This document shows, piece by piece, positions 28,916 to 42,343 of a DNA stretch of 64,000 bases. Under the pieces are notes generated by a model. It worked only from the letters and a program-made list of their open reading frames with translations, was not told the origin of the DNA and made no database searches. Both the position numbers and the translations under genes were made by a program. This DNA comes from Candidatus Latescibacterota bacterium (GTDB lineage Bacteria > Latescibacterota > UBA2968 > UBA8231): assembly GCA_965197905.1 (NCBI GenBank), contig CBDAOB010000005.1, forward strand, positions 2,496,001 to 2,560,000, given 5' to 3'. How positions within the stretch are numbered: position 1 is the stretch's first letter; each line of letters starts with the position of its first letter.

Positions 28916-28972
28916 CGCCCTGTATAGTATACATAATGTAAGTTACGTTACGAATCTGAGGACAACTGACCT

Positions 28973-30676
28973 ATGCGAGGAGCCGATGCCGTCATCAAGG
29001 CGGTCGAGCGGCAGGACGTGGACTACATCTTCGGTCACCCCGGCGGGGCGGCCATGCCGATCTTCGACGCCCTTTTCGATTCCGAGAAACTGGAGCTGAT
29101 CCTGACCCGCCATGAGCAGGGAGCCACCCACATGGCGGATGGCTACGCCCGGGCAACCGGCAAGACGGGAGTGGTCCTCGTCACCTCGGGCCCCGGTGCG
29201 ACCAACACCGTGACCGGTCTGTTGACGGCCCATATGGATTCGACCCCGATGGTTGTCCTTACTGGACAGACCATCACGCCGATGCTGGGCAAGGACGCCT
29301 TCCAGGAGGCGGACGTATTCGGGGTTTCCATGCCAGTGGTTAAACATTCCTATCTGGTACGGGAAGTCGACGATATACCCAGAGTCATGACCGAGGCTTT
29401 CTACATTGCCAGCACCGGCCGGCAGGGCCCCGTTCTGGTTGACCTTCCGAAAGACGTGTTGACCGATGAATGTTCGGCAGAATTTCCCGAGAAGGTCTAC
29501 CTCAGTGGATACAACTGGAAAACCAAGCCTGATGAAACGGCTCTGAAGGAAGCTGGAGACCTGCTGCGCGCAAGCAAGCGACCCCTGCTCTATCTGGGGG
29601 GCGGTTGCATATCCTCGGGGGCACATGACGCTGCCCTTGCCTTCGCGGAGAAAACGCGCATGCCGGTAACCAACACCCTGTTGGGCAAGGGCAGTTTTCC
29701 AGAAACACACAATTTGTCGGTGGGCATGCTTGGAATGCACGGAACCGCGTATGCCAACAAGGCCGTCATTGGCTGCGATCTCATCATGTCCGTCGGCGGC
29801 CGCTGGGACGACCGAATCACCGGAAAGCTCTCCGAGTTCTGTCCGGACGCCACCAAGATTCACGTCGATATCGATCCTGCCGAATACGGCAAGGTGGTGA
29901 TGCCGGACGTCTTCATCGAAGGGGACGCCAGACAGGTTCTCGAAGAGCTCATCCATTACGTAGACCCCCTCGACTCAGAGGCCTGGCTTACCCAAATCGA
30001 GGGTTGGAAAGCCAAATATCCGCTGAAATACGGACGCAAGGGCGGCCTCAAGATGCAGGCGGTCTTCGATCGGCTCTGGAAGTTGACAAAAGGCAAAGCG
30101 GTGGTCACCACCGACGTAGGACAGCATCAGATGTGGGCTGCCCAGTTTTATCGTACCAGCTATCACCGGCAGTGGCTGTCGTCGGGAGGAGCCGGCACCA
30201 TGGGGTTTGGATTCCCCGCCGCCATCGGGGCGCAACTTGGCCGACCGGACGACCTCGTAGTGGCGATCGCCGGTGATGGCGGCTTTCAGATGACCATGAG
30301 CGAGCTGGCCACGGCAGCTATCAACAAGCTTCCGATAAAGATACTGGTCATGGACAACCAGTTTTTGGGAATGGTGCGCCAGTGGCAGAACCTGTTCTTC
30401 GACAATCGGCTTTCTGGCGTCGATCTGGAAGGCAATCCGGACTTCGTCAAGCTGGCCTCGGCCTACGGAATCGCCGGCTTTCATCTGCGCCGGACCGCCG
30501 ACATCGACAAGATTCTACAGCAGATGATCGATCACGACGACGGACCCTGTATCGTGCACGCCCACTGCGAAAAGGAAGACAATGTCTACCCGATGATACC
30601 AGCGGGCGCAGCTGTGCACGAGATGCTGATCGAAGCGCCGAAGAAGAAGCTCGGACAACCAACCGGGAGCACCTGA
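28973..30676 (+). CDS. ilvB: Acetolactate synthase large subunit
   Basis: [46 protein letters not shown]. Confidence 0.97.
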   Translation: MRGADAVIKAVERQDVDYIFGHPGGAAMPIFDALFDSEKLELILTRHEQGATHMADGYARATGKTGVVLVTSGPGATNTVTGLLTAHMDSTPMVVLTGQTITPMLGKDAFQEADVFGVSMPVVKHSYLVREVDDIPRVMTEAFYIASTGRQGPVLVDLPKDVLTDECSAEFPEKVYLSGYNWKTKPDETALKEAGDLLRASKRPLLYLGGGCISSGAHDAALAFAEKTRMPVTNTLLGKGSFPETHNLSVGMLGMHGTAYANKAVIGCDLIMSVGGRWDDRITGKLSEFCPDATKIHVDIDPAEYGKVVMPDVFIEGDARQVLEELIHYVDPLDSEAWLTQIEGWKAKYPLKYGRKGGLKMQAVFDRLWKLTKGKAVVTTDVGQHQMWAAQFYRTSYHRQWLSSGGAGTMGFGFPAAIGAQLGRPDDLVVAIAGDGGFQMTMSELATAAINKLPIKILVMDNQFLGMVRQWQNLFFDNRLSGVDLEGNPDFVKLASAYGIAGFHLRRTADIDKILQQMIDHDDGPCIVHAHCEKEDNVYPMIPAGAAVHEMLIEAPKKKLGQPTGST

Positions 30677-31236
30677 TGAACAACGGAAACGGGGATATGG
30701 ACGAGCAGCGGGAGCCCGATCTGGCACTGGCGACACCGCAGCGGAAAGCCAAGAAGACAACGATAGGCCTGCTGGTGAATGACCGGCCGGGTGTTCTCAT
30801 GCGCATCAGCCAGGTGTTCAGCCGACGAGCCTACAACATTGAATCCCTGGTGGTCTCTCCGGCCCACGTCTCGAATACCTCGCGCATGACCATAACCTGC
30901 ACCGGTCCCGAGGACGTGCTGCTGCAAATCATTCTGCAGCTGAACAAACTCGTCGACGTGGTGCACGCCAGAGACCATACTGATGACGAAGCGGTCACGC
31001 GGGAGCTGGCGCTGTTCAAGGTGGGATGTAGCGTGGCGCAGCGAACGGAGGTTCTGCAGATCACCGAAGTTTTCCGCGGCAAGACGGTGGACATCTCGGA
31101 TGACACCGTCACCCTGGAAGCAACCGGAACGTCTGAAAAGATGGATGCGCTGGAGTCGCTGCTGGGAAAGTTCGACTTGCGGGAGGTAGTGCGCACCGGC
31201 AAGATCGTCATGGCCCGCGGCGACGAGAGTACCTGA
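30676..31236 (+). CDS. ilvN: Acetolactate synthase small subunit
   Basis: NDRPGVL.RIS.VFSRRAYNIESL, QLNKLVDV, RELAL.KV, EVVRTG. The ATG overlaps the ilvB TGA. Confidence 0.95.
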   Translation: MNNGNGDMDEQREPDLALATPQRKAKKTTIGLLVNDRPGVLMRISQVFSRRAYNIESLVVSPAHVSNTSRMTITCTGPEDVLLQIILQLNKLVDVVHARDHTDDEAVTRELALFKVGCSVAQRTEVLQITEVFRGKTVDISDDTVTLEATGTSEKMDALESLLGKFDLREVVRTGKIVMARGDEST

Positions 31237-31245
31237 GCAAACCTC

Positions 31246-34122
31246 CTAGAAATGAACGCCGAGCTGCAGATAGGTCAGGCGGCCGATCTCGGGCGCCCCT
31301 ACCGACTCGCGGTGCTCGTTGTTCAGCAGATTACTCACATCGAGCTTGAGCGCTGCCCTGTACTGTAGCGGCAGGTTGTAGACGAGATTGGCGTCAACGA
31401 CCGTGTAGGAATCCACTTCGCCGACGTATACCCCGGAGTTCATGGGGAAGGCGTCGGCATAACGCAACTGTGCTCCCAGCTGCAGGTCCCAACGCGGCAG
31501 GCGATACGAGCCGCCGGCCTTTATCTTGTGCCTCGACGCGTTCAACGCGACGTCGGCGATGCCGGACAGGTTGGGAAAGAAATCGTCGCTGACATACGAA
31601 TAGCTTCCGCTCATGCTCCAGATATCGTTTGGAAAGTAGGCCAGGTTGACATCCAAGCCGTTAATCGTCACATCGCCGAAGTTGCGATAGGCGAGGATGA
31701 CCGCCGTCGGATCCGAGGCCTGTACCGGCGACACGGTGCCAAACGGAATCCGGGCTACCCCGCCGGCAAAGAGACTCGTTAGATCATCGGTTGCCGTGCC
31801 GTTCCTGTTCCCTACGAATACGCCAGGTATGTTGAGCGTGTCGACCCCCGCCAACACCGCTGCGATCTCCGCGTTGGCGTCATCCGCCAGGGCAGCACCG
31901 ATCGCCGGACCCAGAGCGACCCCCAGGCTCGGTCCGTCCAGAAACACATTGGGCGTCTCCACTCCCAGCGGCCCCACGAAATCCTCCGTCTTGGTGCGGT
32001 AGAGATCGGCTGCGACGACAAGCTTGCGCCCAACGATCCCCTTGTAGCCGATTTCGAAGGTCTGGGTGATGGTGGATTGCATCGGCTTCACGTCGACCAC
32101 GTTACCAGGTGGTCCGAATGGCGCCGGATCCCCCGCCGCGGCCTTCGCCAGATCCAACCGCAACATGGTTCCCTGCAACCCCGCCAGCTGCGCCGGAATA
32201 ACGGAGGGCAAAGCTGCCGCCAATTGTGTCGCCCGCTCTTGCGCCGCCGCCTCCGGATCACTGACACCTGCCGCCGCCAGCTGTTGCGCGATCAAGCCGG
32301 TGAGCACCTGCTCGAACAGCGGGGTGAACTGCGCCAGCACCGCCCCCCTGCCCACACCCCACATCACATTGGTAAATACGGGGTCGTTCATGTCGATGTA
32401 GTCGCTGGTCTGTCTGCCAGCAAGCGGCGCGAACGGCGAGCGGAAACAGGGACCGCTGGCGCAATCCTGGAACGAGAACCCGTCCGTCGCACCCCGTTGA
32501 TAGGTACCCTGAGCTCTCACATCGATCCCCTGCTCGACGCCGAACCGGGTCAACCCGAACGGATCGCGTTGGGCCCTGCGATCGAGGTATAGATTCAGCG
32601 TGGTCGGCGTGCTGAAGGCGCGGTTGTAGGTCAAACGAACGGTTTGGTCGTCCCGGGGTTTGTAGACCAACGCCGCGCGGGGGGAAAGCTCGGTATCCTC
32701 TATCCGGTTGTGGTCGTCGTAACGCAACGCCAGAACCAGCTGCAGCTGACGATTCAGCTCCGTTTCGCTCTGCAGATAAGCGCCGAACTCGTTGATGTCA
32801 TCGTTCTCTTCATTCCGACCCGTAATCGAACCCTCGGTGTCGGGCCGCGTGAACATCAGGTCGGCGCCGTAGGTAAAACGCTGCCGCTCTCCAAGGCTTG
32901 CGAAATGCTGAACCTGGAAGGCGGTCACATCCGATTTGTCGATGATGTCATCGTTGTCCCGCAACAGGAAGGTGTCCCCCGCATCGCTCCAGTTGCGAAA
33001 GACCTGAGCGAACCAATCCCGGTAATTCAATCGTAGCTGGGCGTAGTTGTAAGCCCAGTCTATGGCCTGGGCGGCGCCCAATCCGGTGAGCTCGATATAG
33101 TCTCCACGATTGAACCCGGCGGCGACGATGGCAGAGAGATCCTCCCAGACCTTGTAATCGAGCCGTACCTCTACGCCCTGCCGCTCGACGTCGAAGTCCC
33201 GCGGCGGAAGCGTTGGATCGTCGAGACGGGCACTGGCCTCTTCCGCGTCCGACGACTTCCAATCCGTACCGGTGTAGTACTCCCCCGAGATCTTATACCC
33301 CAGCTTGCCACTCACCCCAGCGTGGCGCAGGCTGGTTTTGCGCAAGCTGCGCTCGCCGATGCCAACACTCACGTCGGTGCCTACGGAGGTGAACGGCGAT
33401 CGGGTTACTATGTGCAAAACCCCATTGGCGCTGTTGGGGCCATAGAGCGCGGAACCCGGTCCCAGGACCACCTCGATGCGCTCGATGTCGTCGTTGGTAA
33501 GGGGTATGAAGTTATTGGCGTTGAGCCGGAGCGATGGAACCCTGGCGATACGGTTGTCCGTCAGAGTCAGCAGGGCGCCAGAAAAGATGTTGTTGAATCC
33601 TCGCGTCACGATGTTGCTCTGCACCAGTCCGTTCTGCGCAAAGTCGACACCGGGCAGATCGCGCACGTGTTCGGTCACCGCCAACACCGGATTGGATCGA
33701 ATTTCATCCCCTTCGACTACAGATACCGACGCCGGAGAATCGAGGATCTTTTCGCGTCGTCGAGAAGCGGTGACCACACTCTGCTCCAGGCAGATCATCT
33801 GGCGGGACAAGGTCACGTCAACAACGACCGTGGCGCCGGCCGCTATCTCGATCTCTTGGGCATCGCCATCGGCATATCCTACAAAGGAGGCAGAGATCCG
33901 GTAGCGGCCAGGAACAAGATCGTCGATTCGGTATCCGCCGTTGTCGCCGGTGATGGTTCCAGTAATCTTTTTCAAGTTGCCGTCGGTTACCACGACGTTG
34001 GCGCCAACCAGCGGTTTGCCAGAATCATCATCTACCGTGCCCTTAACACTGCCGCGCTGGGCAGCACTCGAAGCCATCGAAACCGACAATGCCACACAAA
34101 TCCCCAAGAGCAAGCTTCTCAT
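31246..34122 (-). CDS. TonB-dependent receptor with N-terminal carboxypeptidase-regulatory-like domain
   Basis: VVTASRR, plug DDIERIEVVLGPGSALYG, C-terminal NLLN..GR..YLQLGVHF. Confidence 0.93.
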   Translation of the reverse strand: MRSLLLGICVALSVSMASSAAQRGSVKGTVDDDSGKPLVGANVVVTDGNLKKITGTITGDNGGYRIDDLVPGRYRISASFVGYADGDAQEIEIAAGATVVVDVTLSRQMICLEQSVVTASRRREKILDSPASVSVVEGDEIRSNPVLAVTEHVRDLPGVDFAQNGLVQSNIVTRGFNNIFSGALLTLTDNRIARVPSLRLNANNFIPLTNDDIERIEVVLGPGSALYGPNSANGVLHIVTRSPFTSVGTDVSVGIGERSLRKTSLRHAGVSGKLGYKISGEYYTGTDWKSSDAEEASARLDDPTLPPRDFDVERQGVEVRLDYKVWEDLSAIVAAGFNRGDYIELTGLGAAQAIDWAYNYAQLRLNYRDWFAQVFRNWSDAGDTFLLRDNDDIIDKSDVTAFQVQHFASLGERQRFTYGADLMFTRPDTEGSITGRNEENDDINEFGAYLQSETELNRQLQLVLALRYDDHNRIEDTELSPRAALVYKPRDDQTVRLTYNRAFSTPTTLNLYLDRRAQRDPFGLTRFGVEQGIDVRAQGTYQRGATDGFSFQDCASGPCFRSPFAPLAGRQTSDYIDMNDPVFTNVMWGVGRGAVLAQFTPLFEQVLTGLIAQQLAAAGVSDPEAAAQERATQLAAALPSVIPAQLAGLQGTMLRLDLAKAAAGDPAPFGPPGNVVDVKPMQSTITQTFEIGYKGIVGRKLVVAADLYRTKTEDFVGPLGVETPNVFLDGPSLGVALGPAIGAALADDANAEIAAVLAGVDTLNIPGVFVGNRNGTATDDLTSLFAGGVARIPFGTVSPVQASDPTAVILAYRNFGDVTINGLDVNLAYFPNDIWSMSGSYSYVSDDFFPNLSGIADVALNASRHKIKAGGSYRLPRWDLQLGAQLRYADAFPMNSGVYVGEVDSYTVVDANLVYNLPLQYRAALKLDVSNLLNNEHRESVGAPEIGRLTYLQLGVHF

Positions 34123-34284
34123 AAATCATCCCTCCGACTTTCAAAACGCCACCACTTTTGACAGGACCTAACATAACAATAATTTCCAGGTCCATCTACG
34201 AGTTGACCATTCGAAATCTCTCTGCGCGTCGCCCTGCCCGCAGGTTGTTTCGCAGAGAAAATGCGTGCCGACGAGGAGATTCCC

Positions 34285-35301
34285 GTGGCGACAGATAAGC
34301 TGAAGCTGGCCTTTGTGGGGTGTGGGGCGATCGCCCGCTTCCACCTCGATGGAATCGTCGAACGCGAACTGCCCATCGAGATTACGGCGGCTGTGGACAC
34401 GAACCTGGACAGAGCTGAATCGTTTGCCCGGGAGACCGGGGCGGAGCCGTTCGCAGATTTCGGCCAAGCGATCGAACAGGGCGAATTCGATGCGGTCGAT
34501 CTGATGTTGCCCCACGACCTGCACGAACCCTTCGCGATGAAATCGTTTGAGGCCGGGAAGCATCTCCTGATGGAAAAGCCGATGGCCCCCACCCTGCCCG
34601 CATGCGACAGAATCCTCGCCGCAGCCCGGAGGTCGGACAAGGTATTTATGGTTGCTGAAAACGCCCAGTACTGGCCCGAGATCGTGAAAGCGAAGGAACT
34701 GATCGACGCCGGCGCCATCGGCGAAATCATCACTGCGCGCGCGGCTTTTGTCATGGCATTCGATAAGCGCTGGTTTGCCGACGTGAAACCATGGCGTTTC
34801 GATGCGGAGCGGACCGGGGGCGGTATAACCATAGACGGTGGATCCCATTGGATTCGACCTTTGCGCATGTGGTTGGGAGAGATCGATGAGGTGGTCGGCG
34901 TGACCGATCGTCCGCTGTCCGCCATGGAAGGCGAATCACTGGTGCACGCCCTTCTGCGTTTTCGATCGGGCAAGGTAGCCACCTTCGACGCCCTCATGGC
35001 CGACTCCACCCTGGGACCGGAGACTTGGTGGCGGGTCACCGGGACCCACGGCGAGATTCTGGTCGACGGCAAGTGGGAAGGGGGAATGCGCCTCTACAAC
35101 GGATTACATCCTTCCGGGCTTGAGGTTCAAACGCCCCAGGGGTACGCGAAATCGTTCGGTGGAGAGCTCGAGGATTTTTGCCAAGCGGTATTGGGGGGAG
35201 ACCAGCTGAGCGCTGGCCCGGAAGAAGCGTTGGGCGAGCTGCGTACGGCCCTTGCCATTTACCGTTCTGCCTCCAGTGGCAGGTGGGAAAAGATGTGGTA
35301 G
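34285..35301 (+). CDS. Gfo/Idh/MocA family oxidoreductase
   Basis: VGCGAI, GKHLLMEKPM, GGG..IDGGSH. The start is GTG 34285 or ATG 34261. Confidence 0.92.
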   Translation: MATDKLKLAFVGCGAIARFHLDGIVERELPIEITAAVDTNLDRAESFARETGAEPFADFGQAIEQGEFDAVDLMLPHDLHEPFAMKSFEAGKHLLMEKPMAPTLPACDRILAAARRSDKVFMVAENAQYWPEIVKAKELIDAGAIGEIITARAAFVMAFDKRWFADVKPWRFDAERTGGGITIDGGSHWIRPLRMWLGEIDEVVGVTDRPLSAMEGESLVHALLRFRSGKVATFDALMADSTLGPETWWRVTGTHGEILVDGKWEGGMRLYNGLHPSGLEVQTPQGYAKSFGGELEDFCQAVLGGDQLSAGPEEALGELRTALAIYRSASSGRWEKMW

Positions 35302-35307
35302 CGTTCC

Positions 35308-35336
35308 TTGCTATGGCCTGTTGATTGGTCTATAAT
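35308..35336 (+). promoter_or_regulatory. Sigma70 promoter of the ppdK operon
   Basis: TTGCTA-N17-TATAAT. Confidence 0.7.
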
Positions 35337-35405
35337 AACAGCCGCTGTTCGGGACCCCTCCCGCCTTACACTCGCATTAAAAAATCTCTAAGAAAGCTCG
35401 ACGAT

Positions 35406-38050
<2,645 letters not shown>

Positions 38051-38054
<4 letters not shown>

Positions 38055-38815
38055 GCAGAACGATTGCGGTGGCCAATCAGAAAGGCGGCGTGGGGAAAAC
38101 TACGACCGCCGTAAACCTCGCCGCATGTCTCGCTGTTGCCGAAGAGCCGACCCTGCTAATCGACATGGATCCACAAGCCAACGCGACCAGCGGATGCGGC
38201 ATACAGGCGGAAGAGGTGGAGAAGGAGAACATCTACCACGCGCTGCTCGGGCATAACTCGCCCGACGAAGTGGTTCGAGCTACGACCGTATCCTATCTCT
38301 CCGTGGTGCCCTCGCACATCAATCTGACGGGCGCCGAAATCGAGATGGTCAACATGATCGCACGCGAGCAGAAGCTCGACACCCTGCTTGCGGAGCTGAA
38401 GCAGAAATACACCTACATAATAATAGACTGCCCCCCTTCGCTGGGGTTGCTGACCATCAACTCGCTTACCGCCGCGGACTCGGTTCTCATCCCGATTCAG
38501 TGTGAGTATTACGCTCTGGAGGGCCTGGGCAAGTTGCTGAACACGATTCGATTGATACAACGCCATCTGAATCCGGACCTGCAGATCGCCGGCGTCCTGC
38601 TTACCATGTACGATGCCCGCCTGAACCTGTCCCGGCAAGTTGCCGCAGAGGTCAAATCGTATTTTGGCAACAAGGTGTTCAAGACCGCCATCACGCGGAA
38701 TGTGCGTCTCGCCGAGGCACCCAGTCACGGTCAACCGATCGTGTTGTACGACATCCTATCGCCGGGTGCACAGAACTATATGAGTCTCGCGGGAGAAGTC
38801 ATCAATCATGGTTAA
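38051..38815 (+). CDS. parA: Chromosome partitioning ATPase ParA/Soj
   Basis: [45 protein letters not shown]. Confidence 0.96.
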
Positions 38816-39686
38816 GAAACAGGCGTTAGGTAAGGGCATCAGTGCCCTCATCCCCGACTATCCCGAAGCAACCGTGGAGGATGGGGCCAGCCGGGTTGTT
38901 AACCTCAACGTGGACGAGATTGAGCCGAACCCCCACCAACCGCGAACGGAATTCGACGAAGAGCGCATCGACGAGCTTATGTCGTCCATTCGCGAAAAGG
39001 GGGTCATTCAACCCATAGCGGTAAATCGGGTCGGTCAGTCTTATCAGCTGATTGCCGGGGAACGGCGTTGGCGCGCTACCGTGAAAGCGGGTTATAAAAC
39101 CATCCCAGCGCTGATTCACGAAATCGACTCCATTCAGGAACTGATGGAGATCTCGCTGATCGAAAACACTCAGCGCGAAGACCTGAACCCCATAGAGGAG
39201 GCAGAGGGATACCGCGCCCTTGTCACCCACTGCCTGCTGAAGCCAGAAGAGGTGGCCAAGAAGGTGGGAAAGGACCGTTCAACGGTCGCCAACCTCATGC
39301 GGCTGCTGAATCTACCCCCGGAAATACAGGGTTACCTCAAGGGTGGGCAGCTTCAAATCGGCCACGCCCGCGCCCTGCTGGGGTTGGACTCCGAAGTCGA
39401 TCAGCTGGAGTTGGGCTATCGCTGCGTGCGCAACAAGATGACCGTCAGGGAGATCGAGAATGCGGTGAAGTCTCGCCGCAGCGGACGCGACAAGATCAAA
39501 CGTCTTCCCGCGAGAGAAGCGCGACGAGACCCCAATATCGCCGAATTCGAAGAGAAGCTGCGGCACCACTATGGCACGGGGATCAACATTCGCACGGGGA
39601 CCAAACAGGGCCGCATCGAGATCGAATTCTACGATAACGACGACCTGGAACGTCTCTTAGAGCTGCTCCTGGGTCTCGACCACTGA
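38808..39686 (+). CDS. parB: Chromosome partitioning protein ParB/Spo0J
   Basis: [36 protein letters not shown] and an HTH. Confidence 0.96.
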   Translation: MVKKQALGKGISALIPDYPEATVEDGASRVVNLNVDEIEPNPHQPRTEFDEERIDELMSSIREKGVIQPIAVNRVGQSYQLIAGERRWRATVKAGYKTIPALIHEIDSIQELMEISLIENTQREDLNPIEEAEGYRALVTHCLLKPEEVAKKVGKDRSTVANLMRLLNLPPEIQGYLKGGQLQIGHARALLGLDSEVDQLELGYRCVRNKMTVREIENAVKSRRSGRDKIKRLPAREARRDPNIAEFEEKLRHHYGTGINIRTGTKQGRIEIEFYDNDDLERLLELLLGLDH

Positions 39687-40990
39687 TGGGCAGTGTTGCC
39701 CTTCTCTTGCTCGCCATTGCGGGTTTGAACGCCTGCAGCTTAATCCACCAGGAACAACCCAACGATACCCCCAAACTGCAGATCAGCGCGGTAGATACCA
39801 CCCGGATCGGCAGGAACGCCAGGGTTCAGTTCGAGGTCCGGGCATCGGATGAAGATGACGATCCTCTGTTCTATACCTGGAACGTCTTCGGCGAAGGAGC
39901 GGTCACCGACACCGTCTGCACCCTGGATCCACTATCCCAGATCGATTTGGGCCGCAGCGGACCCGAGTGTGCCCGGATCGAGTGGTTTACGCCTTCGACA
40001 GTAGAGGGGGGAAACGAGCTCTTTCCCATCACCGTTACCATAAGCGACCTGCATACCGAATCGAACGACCTCGTCGAGAGCTTCGTCATCGAGGTGTTCC
40101 AGGGAATCCCCATGCTGTCGGTACCCTCGGATACGACGGTTTCCTTCACCGAACCGTTCGTAGTTTTCGAAGCCGTCGGCGAGGATGTAGACGGCGACCC
40201 GCTGGAGTATATCTGGGAGCAGGTCGGCGAGCCCCCCCTGGATCTTCGCCCCGAGAATATCGACAACAACCTGTCGAGACTGACGGTCGTGCCCCTGTTC
40301 GTGGATACCTACCAGCTGGTAGCCACCCTGACGGATGGTCTGGATGCGGTTAGAACGGAGATTCGTATGGTCGTTACGTCGGAGAGCCCGCCCGATAGTG
40401 GAATGGTAACGCTCCAGCTGGAATCCGGATTCAGCTATGAGATCGACGTTTTCGAATATCCGAATCGGCGGGGAGAGATCCCCCGGCTCGCAAGCTCCTG
40501 GTTCGAAGCAGCACAGCTCTGCGCCGCGCGGGGCAAGAGATTGTGCGCGCAATCGGAGTGGGTAAACGCCTGCAGAGGAGAAGAGCTGCGATCCTATTCG
40601 TCGGTGGACGATCGCAGCCAGGTACCCGAGTTTTTTGGGCGCCGGTTCTGCAATACCGAGGGTTCGGAGGTGGAAGGAGGCGAGTTCGAGGACCTGGCAG
40701 TATCGGGGAGTTTCCCCAACTGTTTCAGCTCCTTCGGCGTTTACGACATGACCGGCAACGCGGCCGAGTGGCTGCAGAATATCAATGCGTTCGGGGAACG
40801 GGTAGGCCGATTCACCCGAGGCAGCGCGGTTGTTAGTACGACCTGTCAAGACGTCTCTAATCCTCAAAGGGAGTTGCCGGTGGATTTCGACATCCATTCG
40901 CAGGCGGCGATCGACAGCCTTGATATGGTGAACTATCAGCCTTATTTGCAGCAAAGTACGGGCTTCAGGTGCTGTCGCGATGCAAACTAA
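39686..40990 (+). CDS. Lipoprotein with Ig-like domains and a C-terminal FGE/SUMF1-like domain
   Basis: Lipobox LNAC; D.D.DPL.Y.W Ig motifs; A..LCAARGKRLC..EW..AC, GVYDMTGNAAEW, GFRCC. Confidence 0.82.
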   Translation: MGSVALLLLAIAGLNACSLIHQEQPNDTPKLQISAVDTTRIGRNARVQFEVRASDEDDDPLFYTWNVFGEGAVTDTVCTLDPLSQIDLGRSGPECARIEWFTPSTVEGGNELFPITVTISDLHTESNDLVESFVIEVFQGIPMLSVPSDTTVSFTEPFVVFEAVGEDVDGDPLEYIWEQVGEPPLDLRPENIDNNLSRLTVVPLFVDTYQLVATLTDGLDAVRTEIRMVVTSESPPDSGMVTLQLESGFSYEIDVFEYPNRRGEIPRLASSWFEAAQLCAARGKRLCAQSEWVNACRGEELRSYSSVDDRSQVPEFFGRRFCNTEGSEVEGGEFEDLAVSGSFPNCFSSFGVYDMTGNAAEWLQNINAFGERVGRFTRGSAVVSTTCQDVSNPQRELPVDFDIHSQAAIDSLDMVNYQPYLQQSTGFRCCRDAN

Positions 40991-41059
40991 GACCGGTTGA
41001 ATCTACGCGGATGTATGGTGAGGTGAGTTGGGGGAGTAAAAACGGTTGCGGCAGTCTTG

Positions 41060-41359
41060 CTACGCCGGGACGAGCTTTCCCGCTGCGAGGAGCCCGTTCA
41101 TCTGCTCCAGCTCCTGGGCTTTGGAGCTTCTTCGAACGTCCACCCAGCGCCGCTGATCTTTGACCTGATTCATGGCACGGCTGACTACCAACCGTTCCCG
41201 CTCTAAGGATTCAAGCTGCGCCTCCAGATATCGCACTTCCCCTTCCTGTTCGTACAGGATCTTCATCAGACCCCGGGTTTCGAAGGCGAGGAGATATTTG
41301 ATGCCAACGGGGATGGCCAGGAAAAATGCGGCTATTAGAATGGCGGTGACTACACCCAT
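41060..41359 (-). CDS. Small membrane-anchored coiled-coil hypothetical protein
   Basis: AGGAG RBS before ATG 41359; N-terminal TM helix followed by heptads. Confidence 0.7.
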   Translation of the reverse strand: MGVVTAILIAAFFLAIPVGIKYLLAFETRGLMKILYEQEGEVRYLEAQLESLERERLVVSRAMNQVKDQRRWVDVRRSSKAQELEQMNGLLAAGKLVPA

Positions 41360-41391
41360 GTTCGGCTGCTCCTTGAGTATGCAACCCAACC

Positions 41392-41407
41392 AGCAACGCC
41401 CATGCCA
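41392..41407 (-). promoter_or_regulatory. Sigma54 promoter
   Basis: Minus strand TGGCATGGGCGTTGCT, near-consensus; AT-rich IHF-like tract at 41423-41450. Confidence 0.72.
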
Positions 41408-41561
41408 TTCCCATGGAGTTCACTTATCCTATTATTTTTAATTGATTTACAATGTTTCCCATGCAACCCCCCAATACATCGAAAATGACCTATTTTTCCG
41501 TTTCGCTGACAGATATTCCGCCGCGTTGACAGCCTCGGCTCCAGTTCCTTAGTTCCCCAAG

Positions 41562-42329
41562 ATGGACCGATCAAGACTCATGAGCCTGTTGGAGCAGGTC
41601 GCATCCGGTGAGGTTCAGGCCGACGCCGCGGTCGACCGACTCGTGGATCTCCCGTTCGAAGATCTGGGGTTCGCCCACGTGGATCACCATCGGGCTGTGC
41701 GCACCGGATTCCCAGAGGTCATCTTTTGTCCGGGCAAAACGACCGAACAGATTGTCGGCATCGCCCGCGCCATCGTTGACCGCGGGTCGATTGTGCTGGC
41801 TACTCGCGTGCCAGAGGAGACCGCGCACACAATGGCGGAGAACTTTCCCGGAGCTGAAGCGGACGATATCGCCCGCACGGTTGTGGTACATCCGCCGGGC
41901 GAGCCAGAGGTTAAACCGGTCGGCAACGTCCTCATACTCTCCGCCGGGACCTCTGATCTGTCAGTTGCCCGCGAGGCTTTGGTGACCTGCCGCACCATGG
42001 GTTCCCAGGCGGAGGGGATCTTCGATGTGGGCGTTGCCGGGATACATCGGCTGCTCGCCTACCGCGAAAAGCTGCAGGACGCCCGGGTGCTCGTCGTCGT
42101 TGCCGGGATGGAAGGGGCGCTACCGAGCGTGGTTGGAGGTCTGGTTCAAGCGCCGGTGATCGCGGTCCCGACGAGCGTGGGGTACGGCGCCAGTCTCAAC
42201 GGACTTGCGGCGCTATTGGCCATGCTCAACAGCTGCGCCTCCGGCGTTACGGTGGTCAATATCGACAACGGTTTCGGTGCCGGTTACGCCGCCGCTCTGA
42301 TCAACCGGCTTGGGATTGAAACGGGTTGA
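41562..42329 (+). CDS. larB: Nickel-pincer cofactor biosynthesis protein LarB
   Basis: DHHRAVRTGFPEVIF..GK, SAGTSD, DVGVAGIHRL, AGMEGAL.SV, VPTSVGYG, VVNIDNGFGA. Confidence 0.95.
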   Translation: MDRSRLMSLLEQVASGEVQADAAVDRLVDLPFEDLGFAHVDHHRAVRTGFPEVIFCPGKTTEQIVGIARAIVDRGSIVLATRVPEETAHTMAENFPGAEADDIARTVVVHPPGEPEVKPVGNVLILSAGTSDLSVAREALVTCRTMGSQAEGIFDVGVAGIHRLLAYREKLQDARVLVVVAGMEGALPSVVGGLVQAPVIAVPTSVGYGASLNGLAALLAMLNSCASGVTVVNIDNGFGAGYAAALINRLGIETG

Positions 42330-42343
42330 GCGCCCCCAGTTAG

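Noticed and set aside
41453..41468. parS-like sequence TGTTTCCCATGCAACC
   Set aside because: It matches only 12/16 of TGTTTCACGTGAAACA and is poorly palindromic, so it is not supportable.
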